The translations under genes and the position numbers were made by a program. Positions 40,328 to 53,739 of a stretch of 64,000 bases of DNA are shown piece by piece. This stretch comes from Octopus bimaculoides (lineage: Eukaryota), in assembly GCF_001194135.2 (NCBI RefSeq), contig NC_068982.1:65124928-65188927 (forward strand), given 5' to 3'. The first letter of the stretch is position 1. The number at the start of each line of letters is the position of its first letter. Under the pieces are notes generated by a model. It ran no database searches. It saw nothing but the letters and a program-made list of their open reading frames with translations, and was not told where the DNA came from.

Positions 40328-40491
40328 ACGACGGGTTTCTTTCAGTTTCCGTCTACCAAATCCACTCACAAGGCTTTGGTCAGCCCGAGGCTATAGTAGA
40401 AGACACTTGCCCAAGGTGCCACGCAGTGGGAATGAACCCGGAACCATGTGGTTGGTAAGCAAGCTACTTACCACACAGCCACTCCTGCGCC
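39865..40491 (-). mobile_element. Best-preserved SINE family A copy
   Basis: Complete head GGCGCAGGAGTGGCTGTGTGGTAAG...GGTTCATTCCC to AGTAAAAGAG tail; CpGs intact; N-gap in central microsatellite. Confidence 0.92.
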
Positions 40492-41374
40492 CTTTTTTTT
40501 TTATCACTTAACCCTTCTCTTTTTGCACGCGTGCACGTACGCACGCACCTCTTCCTCTTTCTTTCGGTCGCCCTTTTCCCCCCTTTATCCCGTCCTCTCT
40601 GTCTCATTTTATCTCTGTCACGTCTCTCCAAACTCAGTTTCACTTCTTCCACCTTCGCCACGGTTATCATCATCATTATCATCATCATCATCCTCTTGTG
40701 GATGCTGTTATTTGTCTTTTCCTCCTCCTTTTCACGTTTTCGTTTTTCTTCCTCATTATCGTCTGTTTCCTTCTTTTCCACTATCTTTTTTTTTCTTTTC
40801 TCACATTGTCATCTCAAATATTCACCCTCTTTCTTGTTCAAGTCTATATCGCCCTGTATCTTTACGTATTCTTCTTCTACCATATAATTGTTGATCAACA
40901 TTATCTCTAGTCTTCGACCTCTCCCACTCCTCTTTGCTCCCCACTTCTTTTTCTTTTGTCAAGTAACCTTCTTCAATGTCTTTTCACTTCACCATGTCTC
41001 TCGTTTTGTTCCCATTCACTTAGCTTGTCTTCTTTATGTCCACTTCACACTATTCCTCTTTTGTGAACTTCACGGCTGTTCATGTCCCTCTCTCAACTCC
41101 CTAGCCACCCTCTTCTCCACTGACACAATTCCTAGAGCTGACTTTGAGAAACTACAGCAAAGAAAAAAAAATAAATAAATGACAGGGAAAGGACAGAAAA
41201 ATAACATAAAACGTTCTCTTGTTACATATATGAAACTTAAGTCTCTAATTATAACAGCTGCACTCATTGCAAAAATCATGTAAGTGCATTAACTTCAAAG
41301 TGGTCATTTGTTATTGCAGATATAACAATGATAGCAATGTGTTATTGCACATCATTCCGTAGTATCCTGCATGC

Positions 41375-41730
41375 TCTTTTTGGACTGTAGTCATGCTGAG
41401 GCACTGCCTTCAAGGGTTGAACAAATCAATACCAGTACTATTCTTTAAGTCTGTTATTTATTATATCAGTCTCTTAAGCTGAACAAAGTTACAAAGATGT
41501 GAACAAACCAACACTGGTTGTCAAGTAGTGGTGGGGGACAAAGCCACACATGCACATATACAACAGGCTTCTATTGGGTTTTCGTCTACTGTATTCACTC
41601 ACAAAGCACCGACTGATCCAATCTGGGGCTATAGAAGAAGACGCTTACTCAAGTGCCATGCAGTGGGACTGAATCCAGAACTATGTGGTTACAAAGTGAG
41701 TTTCTTAATCAGATAGCCATGCCTGCACCT
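41375..41730 (-). mobile_element. SINE family A, decayed
   Basis: Alignment to other copies. Confidence 0.75.
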
Positions 41731-44292
41731 ATCATCATTTAATGTCTGTTTTCCATGCTGGCATGGATAGGACAGTTTGAGAGGAACTGGCAAATCAGAA
41801 GATTGTACTAAGCTCTGTTGTCTGTCTTGGCATTGGAGAGGAGAGGAAGACAGTGAAGATATGACAGAAAAGGAGCAGGTGCCTGTACACCCGAGTTACA
41901 GGGTAGTGTATATAGTAGTGTGGACCAGAGATTGGAGAGACTGAGTAGATGGGTGAGTTCACAAGATTTCCAATGGAGAATAGGAGCTCAAGTTGGTGAG
42001 AAAGGGAAAGAATTTAACAGGGGCATTTTGTGTGCAGGTAAGTGGATATGTGAGGGAGAATATATCCATCTACCTACCTGCACACAATATACCCAGCTTT
42101 CATTACGTCTACTTTATTTCCTCAATCTTGCATATTCAGGGAATATTCGAGATACTTGTAGGCATATCTCTTACATACATCAATGATATATCTTAACCAT
42201 TCATGATACATTTGTAGTATGCCCTACACAACATTGATGTATCATATGTATACTCCTGTGGTATGTCATACCTGATAATGATATATTATATTACATCTGT
42301 AGGCATGTCCTACACATCCTTTATATATTTTAAACATCCATGATAAATCCTAAACATCTGAGGTGCAGCCTATGCATTCATAATATTTTGTCTTCTCTTA
42401 ATATCTTCTATTTCTTTGCTGCTTCTACTGACTCATTCGCACTCTCTCCACTAAATGTGAGTAGCCATGTAGCTCCTCCACAACTAGGTTTGCTCTGCCC
42501 CACTTCCTCATCTCATAGCTTAACACTCATCTCTTAGCATATAAAACCACCCCTCCTCCAGGTTTCATAGTCTTGGCAAGCTGTATGGTGACTTCTCTAG
42601 CATTGGTGACATGAGAAAAGAAACCCTGTAAGCGCTGTATAGTGGTTGTCATATGGAAGAGCATCTGCTCATAGAAACCATGCTAACGCAAATACTGAAG
42701 CATAATGCTGTCCTTGGACCCATTTACGTTCTGTCAAACTGTCCAGCTCATCAGCATGGAACATAGACATTAAACAATGATCATCATCATCATCATCATC
42801 ATCGTGGTTTATCGTACACATCTGTGAGATATCTTACTCATTTTTTGCATATCCTACATAATCCATGTTGCACATGTTTTTCTTTCATTGTGCTCTATAG
42901 TTGGTTACTTTCTTTAATAATGGTTAGTTTCTTTTATTGTGCTGCACTGTAGAATTGCTTTCACAATACTTTACTACCATCCACATTAACTGTACTGATG
43001 GTTGTTTACCTTTGTTCACTGTACTGTACTGATGTTCACTAGCTTTCATTATTCTGTACTGAGTGTTATTTACTGAAAATGAGATGATTGGATGCAGCTG
43101 TTAGAATGCTTATGATTAGGCATGGTTGACTGGACATTCGGCCTGTTTTGATAACAGTAGTTCTTTGATGCTAGAGGCAAACATACATACACTAAAAAAT
43201 ATACACATACAGATACTCATCATGATTGACTTAAACATTTTCCCTCTCCTCATACAACAATAAAAGAAATATGCTTACACGTAAACAGAAGAAAAGAGAG
43301 AGAGTGAGAAAGAGTGACAGAAACATTAAAATGTCTGATGTCAAATAAGTCATTTTTGAATCGTTGATACCAATCTGGCAGTTAATATACTGTGTCAGTG
43401 CCCTATTTAGTTAATGTAACCAACTGTCCTTTGATATATAAATGCGATCAAGTCAGGTCTATCCTGAGCTTGTTTATATATTCCTTATACAGTATCACAA
43501 TATTCTCACATTGGTTAGGAGAAAGTAAACAAATCCTGATAAAGCTTTGATGAAGTTGAACCTAGTTGATCTGGTTTTTCAACCTGGCTACTGAGGGCCC
43601 TGTGGTTTAATAAGACGTTGTTTCTCACTATGAGGTTAAAAATATGTTTATTAAACACATGGATGTAACTCTGTTTATTCATTTCTGTTGTCATGCAAAT
43701 GCTTCCTCTAACAGTTTCAATGTTGAGTCTTCCAGTTGCTTAATAAAGTGGATTACCTACTTAAAGTATGAATGTATTTGTATAAAGTATGAGTGTTCTG
43801 CAGACGTATACTCTTGATGTGACATTTTGGTGGAATCAGCACAACCTGGTGATATGTGACAAGACTGTCCCTGTGAATTACAGGTGCAATATACTTGATA
43901 GTCCTCCCAACTTCTTGATCATACAAACACTCAAATACATTGTGTATGTGTGGGTGTATATATGTAAAACAATGCTTCAGTTATATATATATTTGTTTAA
44001 CCTATCAGATTGGGTTCTACCCCATTATGTGGAAGCTTGGGCAACTGTCTTCTACTATATAGCTTTGGGGTAATCAATACTTTCTGACTGATGTTGATTG
44101 ATGGAGACAATGCAAAAGGCTTCTGTGTGTGTTGGGTATGTTTACATGTGTATTCACTTGTATAAAAGTGCAGTGGGCAGTGGTGTTGTCAGTTCCTTAA
44201 GTTAATAGATTATCTACTTATACTTTGTACCTTTGAAGTAGTGTGAAATATGAGATCTCTTGAAGACAAGAGTATCCATCTGTAAAACAATG

Positions 44293-44847
44293 CCTTTAAC
44301 ATTCAGATTACTCTGTCGAATGTCTTTTTTTTTTTTTGGTTCACAGTGTTTTTAATTAATCATACATTATCCTGTAACTTTGAAATTTTGATGTTGTGAT
44401 GATATATTTTTACAAAGTCATTGAAGGGTAGGTGTGATGGGCTGGATCTGGCTGGCTTCAGCATAAAACAGGTAGAATATTTGGGCTGGATATGACTGGT
44501 TTAAATGCTAAAGCAGGGGTCCTCAACCATTTTTTACCTATGGACCCCTTTCATTACTATTTTATTCTTGTGGATCCCCATAACCATTTGATGTCTAAAA
44601 ACTAGTTTTATAGAAACTTCTTTCAAAATTCTTATTGTGCTTTTCATATATAAACCTTTGTAGGTTGAACTTTGTAAAATGTCAGAGAAAAAAACTATGC
44701 TGTGTTTTGCAATACATCTAAAACAATTTTTTTTCAGGGGCCCTTAAAATACTATTGTGGATCCACAACTTACTATTTTGTTACGTGGACCCCCCGCAAA
44801 AAATCTTATATGGACCCTGGTTGAGAACCACATTGTTAAAGGGTTAA
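44293..44847 (+). mobile_element. TTAA MITE family 1 interrupted in its right TIR by a hAT MITE
   Basis: Removing 44514-44841 restores AAATGCTAAAG-GGTTAA. Confidence 0.8.
44514..44833 (+). mobile_element. hAT (Charlie-like) MITE
   Basis: CAGGGGTCCTCAACC...GGTTGAGAACCAC; TSD TGCTAAAG/TGTTAAAG; internal TGGACCCC repeats. Confidence 0.75.
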
Positions 44848-46464
44848 ATAGCCTACTGGTCCAACCCATGCAAGCATGGAAAAATCAGACGTAAAACAAA
44901 TGAATGAAACAAACATTATTTTTAAGTCAAGTATGTCCAGTTATGGCATTCAGTGCACTTGAATACAGGACCTCATAATTGTCTGGTAAACTTCTTAACT
45001 ACACACACATACACACATTGAGGTCAGGCTTAAATATCTTGTCTGAGGCCAAGTTTAATTATCTTATCCACAGTTTCCTTTGAGCCATCTCTCATATTTG
45101 CAGCATTTTATACACTTCACCCAATAATCCTCAATTGAATATCTCCACACATCTCCAAACACCATTTGCTGATTAACACTTCATTCATAGATATACTGTT
45201 TTTAATTATTTTAAAGTGTATGTTTTGAATATGCATGCTCAACAGTGTGTATGTATGTGTGTGTGTGTGTGTGTGTGAAATAGATACATACACACGTACA
45301 CAAACATACTTGAGTACTCTTTGTGGGATTAATCTCACTCTTACTTCTACTTTTCTGCACCATGAAAGAGATGTTGAAGCTTGTTTGTGTATGTCAGTGG
45401 GGGTTCCTGTCTGTGTTGTTTTTATATGTGTATAAATTGCGCAAAGTTGATTTCAAGTTCACATGCCATTCAGCAGAAGGCCACTGGCAACTCTCCAGTT
45501 TGACATGCCAACAAAGTGCATGATTCTTTCTTTGCTGTGGTTAAAATATGGATTGCTTACATTGGCTTTACAAATAAACAATCCAGTTCCTCTCATTTAC
45601 ATTCTTTTGTTTCCAGAAATTTCTTTGATATTATACTGAAATAATATTTGCGAAGAACAAAAAATAGTGATAATGCTATTAAAAAATATATATATAAATA
45701 AGAAGAAAAGTGTTATTCTTTTTTTGTTTTGTTGAGGGTATAAGGGGTAAATTTATTGTTGTAGTATTACACATTCATATAGCATTACATCAATATCATC
45801 ATCGTTATCAACTGCAGTATTGCAGTGAATATTATAATTTTTCATTTTTTTGTTGACATTGCTAATGTTGCAGTCGTAATTATCAGCTTCGTTTAGGTCA
45901 ATGGATTGATAAAACTCTTTGTGGTATTTCTTTCAGTTCTTTATACTCTGAGTTCAAATCCTACCAATGTCAACCTTACCTGTCATCCTTTTAGGGTTGA
46001 TAAAATAAAGCACCCTTTCCCCACTAATCTCTGGGCTTGTACTTATGTTACAAACAACAGTTAAGCTTATTTAACAAAAGATTTATTTCCATCCCTACCT
46101 CACTGCGCCAGTAACATGAGCATGTGGTTAAAGGTGGTGCTCCAGCATGGCTGCAGTCAAATGACTGAAACAAGTAAAAGAGTAAAAGAGTAAAGAGTGT
46201 GCTTATGTAGATGTTATGGTTTTTTTTACAAATTTGGACATTTTTTGAAGTGAGATTTTAGCAGTTGAAAAGGAAGTTGGGTGACTTTTCACCTGTGCTT
46301 TATTGATCCATGAAGTAAGAGTGACAGGCAACTATTGTTTATACTCATTGTGCAGGATGAGAAATACAAGCTTCAAGCTGATTACTTTGATCAATCTGAA
46401 CTTCTGGGTCAAATGTAAGCTGAAGAAGAGTGCATGGTAGCTATGTAATTTCTTTAACATAGGG

Positions 46465-46759
46465 CAGGGGTTTTCAAACTGTGGTCCGCGGACCGCAGGG
46501 GGTCTGCAAGGACAAGACAGGGGGTCCGTGGACAGCAAATACTTTTTATGGGCAATTTGATTTTATATATGTTTTTTAATCGAAATCTTTTAATTGACAA
46601 TAAACCTATTTGTTAAATACTGTTAAATAAATAAATGTAAAAATATGTTATTTTAAGCAAATATTTATGTATAAATTTCATAAGCGTTTATAAGGGGCTC
46701 CCTAAGGTAAAGCCTGAAATATAAAGGGGTCCGCAAGCCAAAAAGTTTGAAAGCACCTG
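46465..46759 (+). mobile_element. hAT (Charlie-like) MITE
   Basis: TIR CAGGGGTTTTCAAACT / AGTTTGAAAGCACCTG; subterminal GGGGTCCG(C/T) repeats; TSD only partly preserved. Confidence 0.75.
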
Positions 46760-47324
46760 ACAGGGGATATCTTTTAAGTTGAACCTGTTGTTTCAACAAC
46801 CTAAAGAAGGTGAATGGAGATAGGACTAGTGACTATGTTTTAGATATGTTGTGGGTAGTGGATGGGTGAACATGAGAGACAGTGTCTTTGGATATGTTGT
46901 GGGAATTGGCTAGGAAAGTATTAGTGGTATTATCTGGGGATAGTGGGTAATGGCTGGGAGAGTATTAGTGAAAAAATGTCTTTGGGCATGTTGTGTTGTA
47001 TGTTCAGGGAGCAGTAAAGCCCTTTTTGGATGATCCTGAAGTGAAGGATTATGGACAATTTCCAATGTGACATAACTAGAGAGAGAGAGAGAAAGAAAGA
47101 GACAGACAGACAGAATGGGTGTGTGTCTGTGTAAGAACTACTGGTTTGATATAATGTATAGAAGTATAGCAGAGTGAGTAGCTGAGCTAGTTTCAAATAA
47201 AGTTCTGTTCAAGAAACTTGTAAACTTGAGTTGGTAGAGAAATTTTTGTTCTGAAGTGAAGCTGGTTTGGGATTTTAACATACTGAATATTCCTTGTGAT
47301 GACTCCCTCATCTTTGCCCCTGTG

Positions 47325-47690
47325 GCTAGCTGGCAGAATTGTTAGCATGCTAAGCAAACTGCTTAGTGGCATTTCATTCATCTTTACATTCTGAGTTCAA
47401 ATTCTGCCGAGGTTGACTTTGCTTTTTATCCTTTTGGGATCAATAAAATAGGTATCATTGAGCACTGGGGATCAATGTAATCAGCTGTCCCCTCCACCAA
47501 AATTTCAGGCTTTAGTCACATATCTTCTGGCTTCAAATGTTGCTAAGGTTGACTTTGCCTTTCATCCCTTCGGGGTTGATAAAATAAGTAGCAGTTGATC
47601 ACTGGGGTTGATGTTATTGACTATCACCCTCCCCTGAACTTGCTGGCCTTGTGCCAAAATTTGAAGCCATTATTGTTATTATTATTATCT
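47325..47690 (+). mobile_element. Two tandem SINE family B copies
   Basis: Alignment to other copies. Confidence 0.8.
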
Positions 47691-48520
47691 TCCGCAATAT
47701 TATTTAACTAATTCATCCACTTGAATCTTTATGTTTCAAAATATCTAAGAAATGTTAAATTCAAAAGAAGAAGCAAGGGTCTCTGTTAAGAAATCTTATT
47801 GGAAAAGGGAAGAAAGGGGAAAAAGAAGAAAAGAAAAAAAAAACAGCCCAAAAATGCATTAAGTTCTATTAAGTATTGCAATCTTCCCTTCCTACATTCA
47901 TTTTAACCCATGAAATTAAGCAAGATCTTGGGGCTGAATTCCCAGCCACTGAACCTGTTTTTACTCCTCCCTCCTGTCACCCATCAGTAATCAGTTGTAT
48001 TGATTAAAAAAAAATATATATTGTTTGTTTATAAAATCAATAAAGTTATTTGTTTGCCAATAATGCTGCTAGCAGCTAGGCCTGATGCCAATTCTTAGCT
48101 TTATCACTTGATTTATTCTACCAAACAGCCCCCTAATTCCTTTTTCTGTTATTTTACTCTTCCCTTAATCTATTGTATTTCATTTTACTGCAATTTTATT
48201 TACTTGTTATATAGATTAGAAATCATTTTGTGAGGATTTAATATCTATATTTTGTGGCGGGGGATTAATAGTAATATTTAATTTGTTCAAGCTCGAGGTG
48301 GATTAATTTAACTTTTACTTAATGTTTTTTTTTTGTTTCCTTTCTTTTTATGCTTTTTATATTTTAGTTGAATTAAGGTGAATGAATGTTTATCTTACTT
48401 ATATTTGTATTTTGATATATTTTAATATATTCAATGTCTCTCTGTTTCTCCCTTCTATCTATCTATCTATCTATCTATTTATCTATCACTTTATAAGTGT
48501 ATCTATACTATGACTGGATA

Positions 48521-48554
<34 letters not shown>

Positions 48555-48854
48555 CATTGTTAATGAGTTTATAAGAACAATGGGTTTGATGTAACTGATG
48601 ACAAAATTAATGACGATGATAACAGATGTGGTGATGACACTGATGACTTTTCCACTGATAAATGTTAATGTATACTTTGATATCTCCTTTCTCTTTTATA
48701 TATATATATATATATAAATGTGTATGTATGATTGTATGTATATATTGTTATCCTCTCTTTCTCTTTCACTACTTACTTAACTGAAACTTCAGGTTCTACT
48801 TCCTACAATTTATCCAACCCATCTTTTATGTCTCAACAACCATCAAAAGCATAG

Positions 48855-48918
<64 letters not shown>

Positions 48919-49639
48919 ACTCTCTTTCACTCTCTCTCACACATACACTCACCATTGTGGCTATGTGGTTAAGAAGTCTGTGTTGCAAATATATGGTTTA
49001 ATGTTCAGTCTTGCTACAAAGCACCTTGTGTCTTATAGCCCTGAGCTAGCCAATGCCTTGTGAGTAATTTTGGCAGACAGCAACTGTACAAAGACTGCTG
49101 TATGAGAAATAGAGATGTTACAACTGCAAAATATCACCCACTAGTCTTATCTTTGACTTTAACTCAATGCAAAGCTATGGATTATTTGAAGATCATTGTT
49201 GTTGTTTAACACCAGGTCAGCCCTCATTAAGCAGACTTTATGTCCATAGAGTTCTGTGTAGATTTGACATGAGGTGTTTAGGTTACATGCAGGATGATGC
49301 TTGGATGTCGAAGGTTATGCAGAGGAGTGGGCATTGGTGGAGTGGTGGTAAACACATAGCTGATGCATAGGAGAAATAATAGGATTAACGAAACCAAAGC
49401 TTGTAGTTGTGTAGAGCAGGAATCAAGACTGAGAGAGGTAGAACTACCAGCACAGGACGTAATGGAGTGATTTGTCAGGAAGCCACTGAACCATACAAGA
49501 TAGAGCCTATAGGTGTGCTGTTTTGATTGAAGATTTGCATGTGGTCAGTGTTAAAAAGCTAGTGTTTCCTGTTCTATGTTGACTGTTTCTCTTGTAGGGG
49601 ATTAAATTGTATCTTTCAAATGGCATTACATGAGATTAG

Positions 49640-49905
49640 AAACATAACCATCATCATCATCTTTTAACATCTGTTTTCCATGTTGACATGGGTTGGATGG
49701 TTAGACAGGACCAGTCTTCTGTGTCTGTTTTGGCAGGGTTTTTAAGGCTGGATGCCCTTCCTAATACCAACCACCCCACTGAGTGGGCTGAGTGCTTTTT
49801 ACATGACACCAGCACAAGTGAGGTCAGTTTTGGCATGGTTTTTACAGCTGGATGCCCTTCCAAATGCCAACCACTTTACAGTGTGGACTGGCTGCTTTTT
49901 AAGTG
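49640..49905 (-). mobile_element. RTE-3'-related family C with internal duplication
   Basis: GCTGGATGCCCTTCC.AA(T)(A/G)CCAACCAC occurs twice; (GAT)n tail. Confidence 0.75.
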
Positions 49906-50221
49906 GGCATGCCAGAATTTAAAGTGTAGACATAAAATAAAACTGCACACATAACTTATAGGGTCAGGTGTGTCTGTGTGGTTTAGAAGCTTGCTTTCCA
50001 ATCATGTGGTCTTGGGTTCAATCCCAATGTGTAGCACTTTGGGTAAGCGTCTTCTACTACTCCTTGCAAATGGATTTTGTAGATGAAAACTGAAAGAAGC
50101 CCATCATATATATATGTATATATATAAAGAGAGAGAGGTCAATGTAATCAACTGATTCCCTACCCCGAAATTTCAGGTCTTGTGCCTATAGTAGAAAGGA
50201 TTTGATTGTTCTGGTTTTAAC

Positions 50222-50510
50222 ATCAGTTGGTAAGACTAGAAGTCATTTGATGACACCCTTTTGTTGGTAATTGGCTATCCTGTTGCAGGTTCAGTTTGAG
50301 GAATATTGAAATAATACCCATTTTGTCCATTCCGCAGAATAAGATTATACTGGAGAGCATCATAAGACCGATGAGTCTGTGAAACACGTTTAAGGTTGTT
50401 ATCTTGAACATGAATGAGAATATCATGATTTTCAATGGGATCACCAACCATAAGGATAGCTTCTTCATTAGATGTAGGCTCATTAAAACAGCTTAAAATG
50501 TTCTTTACTA
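50222..50510 (-). mobile_element. Helitron Rep-helicase gene fragment
   Basis: FNEPTSNEEAILMVGDPIENHDILIHVQDNNLKRVSQTHRSYDALQYNLILRNGQNG then, frameshifted, YYFNIPQTEPATG*PITNKRVSSNDF*SYQLM; matches the Helitron FNAPT.NE...RISE.HRSYD.LQYP...KKVS..DFY.YRLM region. Confidence 0.8.
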
Positions 50511-50640
50511 TAGTTTACTATAGACGTAACAAATGCAGAAACATACACACTCATAGAATTGATAATATTGAAAACAGCAAAACATACACACACAAAGTTC
50601 AAGCAAAATGAAATGTAGTCAGTGTAGGTGCAAAACATAC

Positions 50641-50799
50641 TTTCTATAGAGGTAACGTCCCCCCTTTGGTTTCCCTTCTTATTTACTGGAATTTCTCTCC
50701 TAGACAGGCTCCCCATGCTGTAGCTTGTAGAGTCCATGACTTCACCATTTTCTTTTTCTGACTTCCTTCTTTTGGCATTCATCCGTGGAGAGACTTGAA
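50641..50799 (-). CDS. Candidate phase 1-1 exon, product unknown (QVSPRMNAKRRKSEKENGEVMDSTSYSMGSLSRREIPVNKKGNQRGDVTSIE)
   Basis: Open frame, AG at 50800-1, good donor GAAA|GTATGT, T-rich downstream; acceptor tract weak and no recognisable homology. Confidence 0.2.
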
Positions 50800-52159
50800 C
50801 TTAAATTGCTTGTGTTATCAGCATGTAAAAGATCTCATATTTTATCCCCAATGGTTTTGAAACGGTGCACCACAGTGCATTGGTACACTGCGAAGGAGAT
50901 CTAGTAATGTTGATGTGCGTTATAAATATAATTTAAGACTTTAGCAAATTCACACTTAACTGATAAGAAATATGTTGTTCATATTTTTATTTAGGCAGCG
51001 AGTTGACAGAGTTGTTTGAGCATAGGATAGAATGCTGTGTTGTATTTGTTCTGACACTTGGCACTCTTAGTTCAGATCCTGCAGAGATTGAGTTTGCATT
51101 TCATTCTTTCATGGTTGATAAAAAAAAGGAAAAAAAGTACCTATTCAGGGTGAGAGATTGGTAGAAGTGTAAGAATGTTGAACTGATTTCAGCTCCTTGC
51201 ATTCTGAGTTCAAATCCTGCCATGTTCCACTTGGTAAGCCTATTACATTACCCAATATAACACTATCAGCTGGCATCTTGGGTACTTTTAGTAGAGTCCA
51301 TTCTGTTGCAATCATTGGGGTCAAGTCTCTAGTTTAAGGATACTTTTCTCCTTTCCTTTCAGCTGTTTCTGAGGCCCTTTTCTCCTGACTAAAAACATAA
51401 AAAAAGAAACAAATATAATTAATCCATGGTTTCAAAAGTTTGGCGAGAGGCCAGCAATTTCAGGGGAGGAGTAAGTTGATTATATCAACCCCAGTACTCA
51501 ACTGGTATTCATTTTATAGTCACTGAAAGAATGAAAGGCAAAGTCAACCTTGGCAGAAAAATTTTTTTTCTAAAGTTTAGAATTTTAAAATAGCGTCTAT
51601 TTTTGTTTTGGTTTTTTTTTTTAACTTTCTTTGAGATGTGTGTCATTCTACGTTTGATTTCTTGCTTGTCACAAAATCAAGGAGTCCGATATCTACTGCT
51701 TTGTTCACTAGTTTATTGCAAGTTGATCTATGTTACTGCTTTACCATTTGTTGTTACTGCCCTGAGTCAGCCTTGATTGAGCAAACCTATGTTTATCTCT
51801 CAGCTCATCTGCATCATGATTAAAGGTATTCAAGCTGTAACTACTTGACTTTTTTTCAAAAGTTGTCTACCCTAGAATGAATTATCCATTATACACTACT
51901 TTGAGACGATAGGGTCGGATCCGAGGAAGATCTGGCTGCTACTTCTAACAGGTTGAGTAACCACATAAAGCAACTTTTTAGTTTTGTGGTACACTGGAGA
52001 TTAAAGGATTACTAACAGAGTGGAAATTAAACAATTACTGGCACCCTTTGTAGGGTAGTTAAAGAAGACTTTATATTTTGAAGTTAAATATTAGAAACAA
52101 AAATACAGAAAACTATTGCTTACTTTCTTTTATTAATCATATCCTCTTCCTCTTTCTCA

Positions 52160-52545
52160 TTATCATTGTTTTAATGTCCACTTTTAGCTGCTTTAGATCT
52201 GACAGAATTTGTTGAGGCAGATTTTCTATGGACAGATGTCCTTATCACCAACTTTCACCAGTTTCCAAACATAATGATATTTTCTCATTCCCAGACATGT
52301 TTTTTTTAAGGAAGACCACCACTTGTATGGCAGTGGTGCTTTATTTATAGCTATAACCTGGTGTAAAGACAAGGCGACACACATACAATGCACTCCTTTC
52401 AGTTCCCATCTATCAAATTACCTTACAAGGCTTTAATTAGTTCAGGGTTATAATAGAAGATACTTATTGAAGGTGCCACACAGTGGGACTGAACCCAGTA
52501 CTCTCATAATTAGGAAGGTAACTTCTTAAACTACACAGCCATGTC
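52160..52545 (-). mobile_element. Composite SINE: family A head + RTE-like family D tail
   Basis: Same architecture as 54346-54720 and 59100-59520. Confidence 0.6.
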
Positions 52546-52596
52546 TAAAAACTGTGAATAACATGCTCAAGTGATTAATATAGGTTTTATACAGCC

Positions 52597-52823
52597 TTAA
52601 CCCTATAGTGTTCAGATTACTCTGGCAAATGTAATGCTTATTTATTCATATTGTTTTAAAATTAATCATGAATTATCTCATAGCTTTGAGATTTCAATAT
52701 GATTGTTTAACTTAAGAATAGTAATGTTAGGTAGATGTGAGAAGCCAGATCTGGTCAGTTTGAACAAAAAGCGCAATAGAATATTTGGGCTGGATATGGC
52801 CGGTTTAAATACTAAATGGTTGA
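52597..52823 (+). mobile_element. TTAA MITE family 1
   Basis: TTAA-CCC...; alignment to 53404 copy. Confidence 0.8.
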
Positions 52824-53403
52824 GTTATATTTTTAAAAACCCATACACATTTAGATGACACTCGTGATGCATTGTGTATGTTCCCTTCTTAGTCTTTGTG
52901 TCATAAGCTGCCGGAACTGTCAACCAACACAGACAGTAACAGCTTAACTCAGCAATCAACCAATCAACATATGTAAAAAAACATTATGAATATTTCAAAT
53001 AGGCAGTGATTAACTTGGAATAATTACAATAAACAAATTCATGAAATTTAACCCATCCTCAACTTAAAACGGCTCTGACCTCATGTTCTATAATTAACAT
53101 GCTCTATAATTAATGTACTCAACACACTTCCTATTGTGTTGGCGACATCCAGAATTGTAGCTTCTTTAAACTATTAACACCACTTCTAATCCTTTAAAGC
53201 TTAAGGTCTAATCCAGTTTGTCTGTTTGCAATAAGCTGATTTGAAGGTATATATTTCTGAAGAAAATATTTTGTTAAAAAGAAAAGACAAGATCAACATC
53301 TTAACATATATTATCTAAGACATATATTATCTAAGGTTAGTAAGAGAGCTTCTACATAGTCGCTTGACTTGCTGGAAATGGCAGCCAAATCTTCAAATCA
53401 TTC

Positions 53404-53632
53404 TTAACCCTTTAGCATTCAGATTACTCTGTTAAATGTAATGCTTATATATTTACTCTATTTTGAATTAATCATGCATTACTTCATAGCTTCAAGATTT
53501 TAATGATATGAGTGCTTATTCTTTGAATTCACATTGTAGGATAGACATGATAGGCTGGATCTGGCTAGTTTGAACATAAAACAGGTAGAATATTTGGGCT
53601 GGATATGGTCAATTTAAATGCTAACAGGTTAA
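53404..53632 (+). mobile_element. TTAA MITE family 1
   Basis: TTAA-CCCTTTAGCATT...AATGCTAACAGG-TTAA. Confidence 0.85.
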
Positions 53633-53739
53633 AAGAATGGAGAAATTGGGTTATCATAGGTACACTACATGTAGAAAAATTACAGATTTGTCTCAGAATG
53701 TTTGATTTCATCAAAGCTGACCAAGGGAAGAATGACATC

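Noticed and set aside
39865-40491. tRNA-like A/B boxes as tRNA genes
   Set aside because: No cloverleaf; they are SINE heads repeated throughout the window
48370-48379. 10-nt microexon after a strong pyrimidine tract (and an 11-nt candidate at ~53216)
   Set aside because: Not frame-preserving, joined frames contain stops, and there is no independent support
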